Source: the human T2T-CHM13v2.0 reference genome, Homo sapiens
Length of the DNA: 64,000 bases
Assembly: GCF_009914755.1 (NCBI RefSeq)
Contig: NC_060940.1
Reading direction: 5' to 3' (one strand)
In this document: piece by piece, positions 39,201 to 54,200 of the stretch
Position numbering within the stretch: position 1 is the stretch's first letter
Layout: every line of letters starts with the position of its first letter
The notes under the pieces: model-generated
The model's database searches: none
Told to the model about the DNA's origin: nothing
Seen by the model: the letters and a program-made list of their open reading frames with translations, nothing else
Translations under genes and position numbers: made by a program

Positions 39201-42200
39201 TTTGTGTTGTGTGTATTCAACTGACAGAGTTGAACCTTCCTTTAGACAGAGCAGATTTGAAAGTCTCTTTTTGTGGAATTTGCAAGTGGAGATTTCAAGC
39301 GCTTTGAGGCCAAAAGCAGAAAAGGAAATATTTTCCTATAAAAACTCGACAGAATCTTTCTCAGAAACTGCTCTGGGATGTGTGCGTTCAACTCACAGAG
39401 TTTAACTTTTCTTTTCATTCAGCAGTTTGGAAACACTCTGTTTGGAAAGTCTGCACGTGGATATTTTGACCTCTTTGAGGCCTTCGTTGGAAACGGGTTT
39501 TTTTCATGTAAGGCTAGACAGAAGAAATCTCAGTAACTTCCTTGTGTTGTGTGTATTCAACTGACAGAGTTGAACCTTCCTTTAGACAGAGCAGATTCGA
39601 AACACTCTTTTTCTGCAATTTGCAAGTGGAGACTTCAAGCGCTTTGAGGCCAAAGGCAGAAAAGGAAATATCTTCGTATAAAAACCCGACAGAATCATTC
39701 TCAGAAACTGCTCTGTGATGTGTGCGTTCAACTCACAGAGTTTAACTTTTCTTTTCATTCAGCAGTTTGGAAACACTCTGTTTGTAAAGTCTGCAAGTGG
39801 ATATCTTGGCCTCTTAGAGGCCTTCGTTGGAAACGGGTTTTTTCATGTAAGGATAGACAGAGGAATTCCCAGTAACTTCCTTGTGTTGTGTGCATTCAAC
39901 TCACAGAGTTGAATGATTCTTTACACAGAGCAGATTTGAGACACTCTTTTGGTGGAATTTGTAAGTGGAGAATTCAGCCGCTTTGAGGTCAACGGTAGAA
40001 AAGGAAATATCTTCGTATAAAAACTAGACAGAATGATTCTCAGAAACTGTTTTGTGATGTGTGCGTTCAACTCACAGAGTTTAACCTTTCTTTTCAAAGA
40101 GCAGTTAGGAAACACTCTGTTTGTAAAGTCTGCAAGAGGATATTCAGACCTCTTTGAGGCCTTCGTTGGAAACGGGATTTCTTCATATTATGCTAGACAG
40201 ATGAATTCTCAGTAACTTCCTTGTGTTGTGTGTATTCAACTCACAGAGTTGAACGATCCTTTACACAGAGCAGATTTGAAACACTGTTTTTCTGGAATTT
40301 GCAAGTGGAGATTTCAGCCGCTTTGAGGTCAATGGTAGAAAAGGAAATATCTTCGTATAAAAACTAGACAGAATGATTCTCAGAAACTCCTTTGTGATGT
40401 GTGCGTTCAACTCACAGAGTTTAACCTTTCTTTTCACAGAGCAGTTAGGAAACACTCTGTTTGTGAAGCCTGCCAGTGGATATTCGGACCTCTTTGAGGC
40501 CTTCGTTGGAAACGGGATTTCTTCATATTATGATAGACAGAAGATTTCTCAGTAACTTCTTTGTGTTGTGTGTATGCAACTCACAGAGTTCAACCTTCCT
40601 TTAGACAGAGCAGATTTGAAACACTCTTTTTGTGGAATTTGCAAGTGGAGATTTCAAGCGCTTCGATGCCAATGGTAGAAAAGGAAATATCTTCGTATAA
40701 AAACAAGACAAACTCGTTCCCAGACACTGCGTAGTGATGTGTGTGTTTAACTCACTGAGTTTAACCTTTCTTTTCATACAGCATTCTGGAAACCCTCTGT
40801 TTGTAAAGTCTGCAAGTGGATATTTGGACCTCTTAGATGCCTTCGTTGGAAACGGGATTTCTTCGTATAATGCTAGAGGGAAGAATTCTTAGTAACTTCT
40901 TTGTGTTGTGTGTATTCAACTGACAGAGTTGAACCTTCCTTTAGACAGAGCAGATTTGAAAGTCTCTTTTTGTGGAATTTGCAAGTGGAGATTTCAAGCG
41001 CTTTGAGGCCAAAAGCAGAAAAGGAAATATTTTCCTATAAAAACTCGACAGAATCTTTCTCAGAAACTGCTCTGGGATGTGTGCGTTCAACTCACAGAGT
41101 TTAACTTTTCTTTTCATTCAGCAGTTTGGAAACACTCTGTTTGGAAAGTCTGCACGTGGATATTTTGACCTCTTTGAGGCCTTCGTTGGAAACGGGTTTT
41201 TTTCATGTAAGGCTAGACAGAAGAAATCTCAGTAACTTCCTTGTGTTGTGTGTATTCAACTGACAGAGTTGAACCTTCCTTTAGACAGAGCAGATTCGAA
41301 ACACTCTTTTTCTGCAATTTGCAAGTGGAGACTTCAAGCGCTTTGAGGCCAAAGGCAGAAAAGGAAATATCTTCGTATAAAAACCCGACAGAATCATTCT
41401 CAGAAACTGCTCTGTGATGTGTGCGTTCAACTCACAGAGTTTAACTTTTCTTTTCATTCAGCAGTTTGGAAACACTCTGTTTGTAAAGTCTGCAAGTGGA
41501 TATCTTGGCCTCTTAGAGGCCTTCGTTGGAAACGGGTTTTTTCATGTAAGGATAGACACAGGAATTCCCAGTAACTTCCTTGTGTTGTGTGCATTCAACT
41601 CACAGAGTTGAATGATTCTTTACACAGAGCAGATTTGAGACACTCTTTGGGTGGAATTTGTAAGTGGAGAATTCAGCCGCTTTGAGGTCAACGGTAGAAA
41701 AGGAAATATCTTCGTATAAAATCTAGACAGAATGATTCTCAGAAACTGTTTTTTGATGTGTGCGTTCAACTCACAGAGTTTAACCTTTCTTTTCAGAGAG
41801 CAGTTAGGAAACACTCTGTTTGTAAAGTCTGCAAGTGGATATTCAGACCTCTTTGAGGCCTTCGTTGGAAACGGGATTTCTTCATATTATGCTAGACAGA
41901 TGAATTCTCAGTAACTTCCTTGTGTTGTGTGTATTCAACTCACAGAGTTGAACGATCCTTTACACAGAGCAGATTTGAAACACTGTTTTTCTGGAATTTG
42001 CAAGTGGAGATTTCAGCCGCTTTGAGGTCAATGGTAGAAAAGGAAATATCTTCGTATAAAAACTAGACAGAATGATTCTCAGAAACTCCTTTGTGATGTG
42101 TGCGTTCAACTCACAGAGTTTAACCTTTCTTTTCACAGAGCAGTTAGGAAACACTCTGTTTGTGAAGCCTGCCAGTGGATATTCGGACCTCTTTGAGGCC

Positions 42201-45200
42201 TTCGTTGGAAACGGGATTTCTTCATATTATGATAGACAGAAGATTTCTCAGTAACTTCTTTGTGTTGTGTGTATGCAACTCACAGAGTTCAACCTTCCTT
42301 TAGACAGAGCAGATTTGAAACACTCTTTTTGTGGAATTTGCAAGTGGAGATTTCAAGCGCTTCGATGCCAATGGTAGAAAAGGAAATATCTTCGTATAAA
42401 AACAAGACAAACTCGTTCCCAGACACTGCGTAGTGATGTGTGTGTTTAACTCACTGAGTTTAACCTTTCTTTTCATACAGCATTCTGGAAACCCTCTGTT
42501 TGTAAAGTCTGCAAGTGGATATTTGGACCTCTTAGATGCCTTCGTTGGAAACGGGATTTCTTCGTATAATGCTAGAGGGAAGAATTCTTAGTAACTTCTT
42601 TGTGTTGTGTGTATTCAACTGACAGAGTTGAACCTTCCTTTAGACAGAGCAGATTTGAAAGTCTCTTTTTGTGGAATTTGCAAGTGGAGATTTCAAGCGC
42701 TTTGAGGCCAAAAGCAGAAAAGGAAATATTTTCCTATAAAAACTCGACAGAATCTTTCTCAGAAACTGCTCTGGGATGTGTGCGTTCAACTCACAGAGTT
42801 TAACTTTTCTTTTCATTCAGCAGTTTGGAAACACTCTGTTTGGAAAGTCTGCACGTGGATATTTTGACCTCTTTGAGGCCTTCGTTGGAAACGGGTTTTT
42901 TTCATGTAAGGCTAGACAGAAGAAATCTCAGTAACTTCCTTGTGTTGTGTGTATTCAACTGACAGAGTTGAACCTTCCTTTAGACAGAGCAGATTCGAAA
43001 CACTCTTTTTCTGCAATTTGCAAGTGGAGACTTCAAGCGCTTTGAGGCCAAAGGCAGAAAAGGAAATATCTTCGTATAAAAACCCGACAGAATCATTCTC
43101 AGAAACTGCTCTGTGATGTGTGCGTTCAACTCACAGAGTTTAACTTTCCTTTTCATTCAGCAGTTTGGAAACACTCTGTTTGTAAAGTCTGCAAGTGGAT
43201 ATCTTGGCCTCTTAGAGGCCTTCGTTGGAAACGGGTTTTTTCATGTAAGGATAGACACAGGAATTCCCAGTAACTTCCTTGTGTTGTGTGCATTCAACTC
43301 ACAGAGTTGAATGATTCTTTACACAGAGCAGATTTGAGACACTCTTTGGGTGGAATTTGTAAGTGGAGAGTTCAGCCGCTTTGAGGTCAACGGTAGAAAA
43401 GGAAATATCTTCGTATAAAATCTAGACAGAATGATTCTCAGAAACTGTTTTTTGATGTGTGCGTTCAACTCACAGAGTTTAACCTTTCTTTTCAGAGAGC
43501 AGTTAGGAAACACTCTGTTTGTAAAGTCTGCAAGTGGATATTCAGACCTCTTTGAGGCCTTCGTTGGAAACGGGATTTCTTCATATTATGCTAGACAGAT
43601 GAATTCTCAGTAACTTCCTTGTGTTGTGTGTATTCAACTCACAGAGTTGAACGATCCTTTACACAGAGCAGATTTGAAACACTGTTTTTCTGGAATTTGC
43701 AAGTGGAGATTTCAGCCGCTTTGAGGTCAATGGTAGAAAAGGAAATATCTTCGTATAAAAACTAGACAGAATGATTCTCAGAAACTCCTTTGTGATGTGT
43801 GCGTTCAACTCACAGAGTTTAACCTTTCTTTTCACAGAGCAGTTAGGAAACACTCTGTTTGTGAAGCCTGCCAGTGGATAATCGGACCTCTTTGAGGCAT
43901 TCGTTGGAAACGGGATTTCTTCATATTATGCTAGACAGAAGATTTCTCAGTAACTTCTTTGTGTTGTGTGTATGCAACTTACAGAGTTCAACCTTCCTTT
44001 AGAGAGAGCATATTTGAAACACTCTTTTTGTGGAATTTGCAAGTGGAGATTTCAAGCGCTTCGATGCAAATGGTAGAAAAGGAAATATCTTCGTATAAAA
44101 ACAAGACAAACTCGTTCCCAGACACTGCGTAGTGATGTGTGTGTTTAACTCACAGAGTTTAACCTTTCTTTTCATACAGCATTCTGGAAACCCTGTGTTT
44201 GTAAAGTCTGCAAGTGGATATTTGGACCTTTTAGATGCCTTCGTTGGAAACGGGATTTCTTCATATAATGCTAGAGGGAAGAATTCTTAGTAACTTCTTT
44301 GTGTTGTGTGTATTCAACTGACAGAGTTGAACCTTCCTTTAGACAGAGCAGATTTGAAAGTCTCTTTTTGTGGAATTTGCAAGTGGAGATTTCAAGCGCT
44401 TTGAGGCCAAAAGCAGAAAAGGAAATATTTTCCTATAAAAACTCGACAGAATCATTCTCAGAAACTGCTCTGTGATGTGTGCGTTCAACTCACAGAGTTT
44501 AACTTTTCTTTTCATTCAGCAGTTTGGAAACACTGTTTGGAAAGTCTGCACGTGGATATTTTGACCTCTTTGAGGCCTTCGTTGGAAACGGGTTTTTTTC
44601 ATGTAAGGCTAGACAGAAGAAATCTCAGTAACTTCCTTGTGTTGTGTGTATTCAACTGACAGAGTTGAACCTTCCTTTAGACAGAGCAGATTCGAAACAC
44701 TCTTTTTCTGCAATTTGCAAGTGGAGACTTCAAGCGCTTTGAGACCAAAGGCAGAAAAGGAAATATCTTCGTATAAAAACCCGACAGAATCATTCTCAGA
44801 AACTGCTCTGTGATGTGTGCGTTCAACTCACAGAGTTTAACTTTTCTTTTCATTCAGCAGTTTGGAAACACTCTGTTTGTAAAGTCTGCAAGTGGATATC
44901 TTGGCCTCTTAGAGGCCTTCGTTGGAAACGGGTTTTTTCATGTAAGGATAGACAGAGGAATTCCCAGTAACTTCCTTGTGTTGTGTGCATTCAACTCACA
45001 GAGTTGAATGATTCTTTACACAGAGCAGATTTGAGACACTCTTTTGGTGGAATTTGTAAGTGGAGAATTCAGCCGCTTTGAGGTCAACGGTAGAAAAGGA
45101 AATATCTTCGTATAAAAACTAGACAGAATGATTCTCAGAAACTGTTTTGTGATGTGTGCGTTCAACTCACAGAGTTTAACCTTTCTTTTCAGAGAGCAGT

Positions 45201-48200
45201 TAGGAAACACTCTGTTTGTAAAGTCTGCAAGTGGATATTCAGACCTCTTTGAGGCCTTCGTTGGAAACGGGATTTCTTCATATTATGCTAGACAGATGAA
45301 TTCTCAGTAACTTCCTTGTGTTGTGTGTATTCAACTCACAGAGTTGAACGATCCTTTACACAGAGCAGATTTGAAACACTGTTTTTCTGGAATTTGCAAG
45401 TGGAGATTTCAGCCGCTTTGAGGTCAATGGTAGAAAAGGAAATATCTTCGTATAAAAACTAGACAGAATGATTCTCAGAAACTCCTTTGTGATGTGTGCG
45501 TTCAACTCACAGAGTTTAACCTTTCTTTTCACAGAGCAGTTAGGAAACACTCTGTTTGTGAAGCCTGCCAGTGGATATTCGGACCTCTTTGAGGCCTTCG
45601 TTGGAAACGGGATTTCTTCATATTATGATAGACAGAAGATTTCTCAGTAACTTCTTTGTGTTGTGTGTATGCAACTCACAGAGTTCAACCTTCCTTTAGA
45701 CAGAGCAGATTTGAAACACTCTTTTTGTGGAATTTGCAAGTGGAGATTTCAAGCGCTTCGATGCCAATGGTAGAAAAGGAAATATCTTCGTATAAAAACA
45801 AGACAAACTCGTTCCCAGACACTGCGTAGTGATGTGTGTGTTTAACTCACTGAGTTTAACCTTTCTTTTCATACAGCATTCTGGAAACCCTCTGTTTGTA
45901 AAGTCTGCAAGTGGATATTTGGACCTCTTAGATGCCTTCGTTGGAAACGGGATTTCTTCGTATAATGCTAGAGGGAAGAATTCTTAGTAACTTCTTTGTG
46001 TTGTGTGTATTCAACTGACAGAGTTGAACCTTCCTTTAGACAGAGCAGATTTGAAAGTCTCTTTTTGTGGAATTTGCAAGTGGAGATTTCAAGCGCTTTG
46101 AGGCCAAAAGCAGAAAAGGAAATATTTTCCTATAAAAACTCGACAGAATCTTTCTCAGAAACTGCTCTGGGATGTGTGCGTTCAACTCACAGAGTTTAAC
46201 TTTTCTTTTCATTCAGCAGTTTGGAAACACTCTGTTTGGAAAGTCTGCACGTGGATATTTTGACCTCTTTGAGGCCTTCGTTGGAAACGGGTTTTTTTCA
46301 TGTAAGGCTAGACAGAAGAAATCTCAGTAACTTCCTTGTGTTGTGTGTATTCAACTGACAGAGTTGAACCTTCCTTTAGACAGAGCAGATTCGAAACACT
46401 CTTTTTCTGCAATTTGCAAGTGGAGACTTCAAGCGCTTTGAGGCCAAAGGCAGAAAAGGAAATATCTTCGTATAAAAACCCGACAGAATCATTCTCAGAA
46501 ACTGCTCTGTGATGTGTGCGTTCAACTCACAGAGTTTAACTTTTCTTTTCATTCAGCAGTTTGGAAACACTCTGTTTGTAAAGTCTGCAAGTGGATATCT
46601 TGGCCTCTTAGAGGCCTTCGTTGGAAACGGGTTTTTTCATGTAAGGATAGACACAGGAATTCCCAGTAACTTCCTTGTGTTGTGTGCATTCAACTCACAG
46701 AGTTGAATGATTCTTTACACAGAGCAGATTTGAGACACTCTTTTGGTGGAATTTGTAAGTGGAGAATTCAGCCGCTTTGAGGTCAACGGTAGAAAAGGAA
46801 ATATCTTCGTATAAAAACTAGACAGAATGATTCTCAGAAACTGTTTTGTGATGTGTGCGTTCAACTCACAGAGTTTAACCTTTCTTTTCAAAGAGCAGTT
46901 AGGAAACACTCTGTTTGTAAAGTCTGCAAGAGGATATTCAGACCTCTTTGAGGCCTTCGTTGGAAACGGGATTTCTTCATATTATGCTAGACAGATGAAT
47001 TCTCAGTAACTTCCTTGTGTTGTGTGTATTCAACTCACAGAGTTGAACGATCCTTTACACAGAGCAGATTTGAAACACTGTTTTTCTGGAATTTGCAAGT
47101 GGAGATTTCAGCCGCTTTGAGGTCAATGGTAGAAAAGGAAATATCTTCGTATAAAAACTAGACAGAATGATTCTCAGAAACTCCTTTGTGATGTGTGCGT
47201 TCAACTCACAGAGTTTAACCTTTCTTTTCACAGAGCAGTTAGGAAACACTCTGTTTGTGAAGCCTGCCAGTGGATATTCGGACCTCTTTGAGGCCTTCGT
47301 TGGAAACGGGATTTCTTCATATTATGATAGACAGAAGATTTCTCAGTAACTTCTTTGTGTTGTGTGTATGCAACTCACAGAGTTCAACCTTCCTTTAGAC
47401 AGAGCAGATTTGAAACACTCTTTTTGTGGAATTTGCAAGTGGAGATTTCAAGCGCTTCGATGCCAATGGTAGAAAAGGAAATATCTTCGTATAAAAACAA
47501 GACAAACTCGTTCCCAGACACTGCGTAGTGATGTGTGTGTTTAACTCACTGAGTTTAACCTTTCTTTTCATACAGCATTCTGGAAACCCTCTGTTTGTAA
47601 AGTCTGCAAGTGGATATTTGGACCTCTTAGATGCCTTCGTTGGAAACGGGATTTCTTCGTATAATGCTAGAGGGAAGAATTCTTAGTAACTTCTTTGTGT
47701 TGTGTGTATTCAACTGACAGAGTTGAACCTTCCTTTAGACAGAGCAGATTTGAAAGTCTCTTTTTGTGGAATTTGCAAGTGGAGATTTCAAGCGCTTTGA
47801 GGCCAAAAGCAGAAAAGGAAATATTTTCCTATAAAAACTCGACAGAATCTTTCTCAGAAACTGCTCTGGGATGTGTGCGTTCAACTCACAGAGTTTAACT
47901 TTTCTTTTCATTCAGCAGTTTGGAAACACTCTGTTTGGAAAGTCTGCACGTGGATATTTTGACCTCTTTGAGGCCTTCGTTGGAAACGGGTTTTTTTCAT
48001 GTAAGGCTAGACAGAAGAAATCTCAGTAACTTCCTTGTGTTGTGTGTATTCAACTGACAGAGTTGAACCTTCCTTTAGACAGAGCAGATTCGAAACACTC
48101 TTTTTCTGCAATTTGCAAGTGGAGACTTCAAGCGCTTTGAGGCCAAAGGCAGAAAAGGAAATATCTTCGTATAAAAACCCGACAGAATCATTCTCAGAAA

Positions 48201-51200
48201 CTGCTCTGTGATGTGTGCGTTCAACTCACAGAGTTTAACTTTTCTTTTCATTCAGCAGTTTGGAAACACTCTGTTTGTAAAGTCTGCAAGTGGATATCTT
48301 GGCCTCTTAGAGGCCTTCGTTGGAAACGGGTTTTTTCATGTAAGGATAGACACAGGAATTCCCAGTAACTTCCTTGTGTTGTGTGCATTCAACTCACAGA
48401 GTTGAATGATTCTTTACACAGAGCAGATTTGAGACACTCTTTGGGTGGAATTTGTAAGTGGAGAATTCAGCCGCTTTGAGGTCAACGGTAGAAAAGGAAA
48501 TATCTTCGTATAAAATCTAGACAGAATGATTCTCAGAAACTGTTTTTTGATGTGTGCGTTCAACTCACAGAGTTTAACCTTTCTTTTCAGAGAGCAGTTA
48601 GGAAACACTCTGTTTGTAAAGTCTGCAAGTGGATATTCAGACCTCTTTGAGGCCTTCGTTGGAAACGGGATTTCTTCATATTATGCTAGACAGATGAATT
48701 CTCAGTAACTTCCTTGTGTTGTGTGTATTCAACTCACAGAGTTGAACGATCCTTTACACAGAGCAGATTTGAAACACTGTTTTTCTGGAATTTGCAAGTG
48801 GAGATTTCAGCCGCTTTGAGGTCAATGGTAGAAAAGGAAATATCTTCGTATAAAAACTAGACAGAATGATTCTCAGAAACTCCTTTGTGATGTGTGCGTT
48901 CAACTCACAGGGTTTAACCTTTCTTTTCACAGAGCAGTTAGGAAACACTCTGTTTGTGAAGCCTGCCAGTGGATATTCGGACCTCTTTGAGGCCTTCGTT
49001 GGAAACGGGATTTCTTCATATTATGATAGACAGAAGATTTCTCAGTAACTTCTTTGTGTTGTGTGTATGCAACTCACAGAGTTCAACCTTCCTTTAGACA
49101 GAGCAGATTTGAAACACTCTTTTTGTGGAATTTGCAAGTGGAGATTTCAAGCGCTTCGATGCCAATGGTAGAAAAGGAAATATCTTCGTATAAAAACAAG
49201 ACAAACTCGTTCCCAGACACTGCGTAGTGATGTGTGTGTTTAACTCACTGAGTTTAACCTTTCTTTTCATACAGCATTCTGGAAACCCTCTGTTTGTAAA
49301 GTCTGCAAGTGGATATTTGGACCTCTTAGATGCCTTCGTTGGAAACGGGATTTCTTCGTATAATGCTAGAGGGAAGAATTCTTAGTAACTTCTTTGTGTT
49401 GTGTGTATTCAACTGACAGAGTTGAACCTTCCTTTAGACAGAGCAGATTTGAAAGTCTCTTTTTGTGGAATTTGCAAGTGGAGATTTCAAGCGCTTTGAG
49501 GCCAAAAGCAGAAAAGGAAATATTTTCCTATAAAAACTCGACAGAATCTTTCTCAGAAACTGCTCTGGGATGTGTGCGTTCAACTCACAGAGTTTAACTT
49601 TTCTTTTCATTCAGCAGTTTGGAAACACTCTGTTTGGAAAGTCTGCACGTGGATATTTTGACCTCTTTGAGGCCTTCGTTGGAAACGGGTTTTTTTCATG
49701 TAAGGCTAGACAGAAGAAATCTCAGTAACTTCCTTGTGTTGTGTGTATTCAACTGACAGAGTTGAACCTTCCTTTAGACAGAGCAGATTCGAAACACTCT
49801 TTTTCTGCAATTTGCAAGTGGAGACTTCAAGCGCTTTGAGGCCAAAGGCAGAAAAGGAAATATCTTCGTATAAAAACCCGACAGAATCATTCTCAGAAAC
49901 TGCTCTGTGATGTGTGCGTTCAACTCACAGAGTTTAACTTTTCTTTTCATTCAGCAGTTTGGAAACACTCTGTTTGTAAAGTCTGCAAGTGGATATCTTG
50001 GCCTCTTAGAGGCCTTCGTTGGAAACGGGTTTTTTCATGTAAGGATAGACACAGGAATTCCCAGTAACTTCCTTGTGTTGTGTGCATTCAACTCACAGAG
50101 TTGAATGATTCTTTACACAGAGCAGATTTGAGACACTCTTTGGGTGGAATTTGTAAGTGGAGAATTCAGCCGCTTTGAGGTCAACGGTAGAAAAGGAAAT
50201 ATCTTCGTATAAAATCTAGACAGAATGATTCTCAGAAACTGTTTTTTGATGTGTGCGTTCAACTCACAGAGTTTAACCTTTCTTTTCAGAGAGCAGTTAG
50301 GAAACACTCTGTTTGTAAAGTCTGCAAGTGGATATTCAGACCTCTTTGAGGCCTTCGTTGGAAACGGGATTTCTTCATATTATGCTAGACAGATGAATTC
50401 TCAGTAACTTCCTTGTGTTGTGTGTATTCAACTCACAGAGTTGAACGATCCTTTACACAGAGCAGATTTGAAACACTGTTTTTCTGGAATTTGCAAGTGG
50501 AGATTTCAGCCGCTTTGAGGTCAATGGTAGAAAAGGAAATATCTTCGTATAAAAACTAGACAGAATGATTCTCAGAAACTCCTTTGTGATGTGTGCGTTC
50601 AACTCACAGAGTTTAACCTTTCTTTTCACAGAGCAGTTAGGAAACACTCTGTTTGTGAAGCCTGCCAGTGGATAATCGGACCTCTTTGAGGCATTCGTTG
50701 GAAACGGGATTTCTTCATATTATGCTAGACAGAAGATTTCTCAGTAACTTCTTTGTGTTGTGTGTATGCAACTTACAGAGTTCAACCTTCCTTTAGAGAG
50801 AGCATATTTGAAACACTCTTTTAGTGGAATTTGCAAGTGGAGATTTCAAGCGCTTCGATGCAAATGGTAGAAAAGGAAATATCTTCGTATAAAAACAAGA
50901 CAAACTCGTTCCCAGACACTGCGTAGTGATGTGTGTGTTTAACTCACAGAGTTTAACCTTTCTTTTCATACAGCATTCTGGAAACCCTGTGTTTGTAAAG
51001 TCTGCAAGTGGATATTTGGACCTTTTAGATGCCTTCGTTGGAAACGGGATTTCTTCATATAATGCTAGAGGGAAGAATTCTTAGTAACTTCTTTGTGTTG
51101 TGTGTATTCAACTGACAGAGTTGAACCTTCCTTTAGACAGAGCAGATTTGAAAGTCTCTTTTTGTGGAATTTGCAAGTGGAGATTTCAAGCGCTTTGAGG

Positions 51201-54200
51201 CCAAAAGCAGAAAAGGAAATATTTTCCTATAAAAACTCGACAGAATCATTCTCAGAAACTGCTCTGTGATGTGTGCGTTCAACTCACAGAGTTTAACTTT
51301 TCTTTTCATTCAGCAGTTTGGAAACACTGTTTGGAAAGTCTGCACGTGGATATTTTGACCTCTTTGAGGCCTTCGTTGGAAACGGGTTTTTTTCATGTAA
51401 GGCTAGACAGAAGAAATCTCAGTAACTTCCTTGTGTTGTGTGTATTCAACTGACAGAGTTGAACCTTCCTTTAGACAGAGCAGATTCGAAACACTCTTTT
51501 TCTGCAATTTGCAAGTGGAGACTTCAAGCGCTTTGAGACCAAAGGCAGAAAAGGAAATATCTTCGTATAAAAACCCGACAGAATCATTCTCAGAAACTGC
51601 TCTGTGATGTGTGCGTTCAACTCACAGAGTTTAACTTTTCTTTTCATTCAGCAGTTTGGAAACACTCTGTTTGTAAAGTCTGCAAGTGGATATCTTGGCC
51701 TCTTAGAGGCCTTCGTTGGAAACGGGTTTTTTCATGTAAGGATAGACAGAGGAATTCCCAGTAACTTCCTTGTGTTGTGTGCATTCAACTCACAGAGTTG
51801 AATGATTCTTTACACAGAGCAGATTTGAGACACTCTTTTGGTGGAATTTGTAAGTGGAGAATTCAGCCGCTTTGAGGTCAACGGTAGAAAAGGAAATATC
51901 TTCGTATAAAAACTAGACAGAATGATTCTCAGAAACTGTTTTGTGATGTGTGCGTTCAACTCACAGAGTTTAACCTTTCTTTTCAGAGAGCAGTTAGGAA
52001 ACACTCTGTTTGTAAAGTCTGCAAGTGGATATTCAGACCTCTTTGAGGCCTTCGTTGGAAACGGGATTTCTTCATATTATGCTAGACAGATGAATTCTCA
52101 GTAACTTCCTTGTGTTGTGTGTATTCAACTCACAGAGTTGAACGATCCTTTACACAGAGCAGATTTGAAACACTGTTTTTCTGGAATTTGCAAGTGGAGA
52201 TTTCAGCCGCTTTGAGGTCAATGGTAGAAAAGGAAATATCTTCGTATAAAAACTAGACAGAATGATTCTCAGAAACTCCTTTGTGATGTGTGCGTTCAAC
52301 TCACAGAGTTTAACCTTTCTTTTCACAGAGCAGTTAGGAAACACTCTGTTTGTGAAGCCTGCCAGTGGATATTCGGACCTCTTTGAGGCCTTCGTTGGAA
52401 ACGGGATTTCTTCATATTATGATAGACAGAAGATTTCTCAGTAACTTCTTTGTGTTGTGTGTATGCAACTCACAGAGTTCAACCTTCCTTTAGACAGAGC
52501 AGATTTGAAACACTCTTTTTGTGGAATTTGCAAGTGGAGATTTCAAGCGCTTCGATGCCAATGGTAGAAAAGGAAATATCTTCGTATAAAAACAAGACAA
52601 ACTCGTTCCCAGACACTGCGTAGTGATGTGTGTGTTTAACTCACTGAGTTTAACCTTTCTTTTCATACAGCATTCTGGAAACCCTCTGTTTGTAAAGTCT
52701 GCAAGTGGATATTTGGACCTCTTAGATGCCTTCGTTGGAAACGGGATTTCTTCGTATAATGCTAGAGGGAAGAATTCTTAGTAACTTCTTTGTGTTGTGT
52801 GTATTCAACTGACAGAGTTGAACCTTCCTTTAGACAGAGCAGATTTGAAAGTCTCTTTTTGTGGAATTTGCAAGTGGAGATTTCAAGCGCTTTGAGGCCA
52901 AAAGCAGAAAAGGAAATATTTTCCTATAAAAACTCGACAGAATCTTTCTCAGAAACTGCTCTGGGATGTGTGCGTTCAACTCACAGAGTTTAACTTTTCT
53001 TTTCATTCAGCAGTTTGGAAACACTCTGTTTGGAAAGTCTGCACGTGGATATTTTGACCTCTTTGAGGCCTTCGTTGGAAACGGGTTTTTTTCATGTAAG
53101 GCTAGACAGAAGAAATCTCAGTAACTTCCTTGTGTTGTGTGTATTCAACTGACAGAGTTGAACCTTCCTTTAGACAGAGCAGATTCGAAACACTCTTTTT
53201 CTGCAATTTGCAAGTGGAGACTTCAAGCGCTTTGAGGCCAAAGGCAGAAAAGGAAATATCTTCGTATAAAAACCCGACAGAATCATTCTCAGAAACTGCT
53301 CTGTGATGTGTGCGTTCAACTCACAGAGTTTAACTTTTCTTTTCATTCAGCAGTTTGGAAACACTCTGTTTGTAAAGTCTGCAAGTGGATATCTTGGCCT
53401 CTTAGAGGCCTTCGTTGGAAACGGGTTTTTTCATGTAAGGATAGACAGAGGAATTCCCAGTAACTTCCTTGTGTTGTGTGCATTCAACTCACAGAGTTGA
53501 ATGATTCTTTACACAGAGCAGATTTGAGACACTCTTTTGGTGGAATTTGTAAGTGGAGAATTCAGCCGCTTTGAGGTCAACGGTAGAAAAGGAAATATCT
53601 TCGTATAAAAACTAGACAGAATGATTCTCAGAAACTGTTTTGTGATGTGTGCGTTCAACTCACAGAGTTTAACCTTTCTTTTCAAAGAGCAGTTAGGAAA
53701 CACTCTGTTTGTAAAGTCTGCAAGAGGATATTCAGACCTCTTTGAGGCCTTCGTTGGAAACGGGATTTCTTCATATTATGCTAGACAGATGAATTCTCAG
53801 TAACTTCCTTGTGTTGTGTGTATTCAACTCACAGAGTTGAACGATCCTTTACACAGAGCAGATTTGAAACACTGTTTTTCTGGAATTTGCAAGTGGAGAT
53901 TTCAGCCGCTTTGAGGTCAATGGTAGAAAAGGAAATATCTTCGTATAAAAACTAGACAGAATGATTCTCAGAAACTCCTTTGTGATGTGTGCGTTCAACT
54001 CACAGAGTTTAACCTTTCTTTTCACAGAGCAGTTAGGAAACACTCTGTTTGTGAAGCCTGCCAGTGGATATTCGGACCTCTTTGAGGCCTTCGTTGGAAA
54101 CGGGATTTCTTCATATTATGATAGACAGAAGATTTCTCAGTAACTTCTTTGTGTTGTGTGTATGCAACTCACAGAGTTCAACCTTCCTTTAGACAGAGCA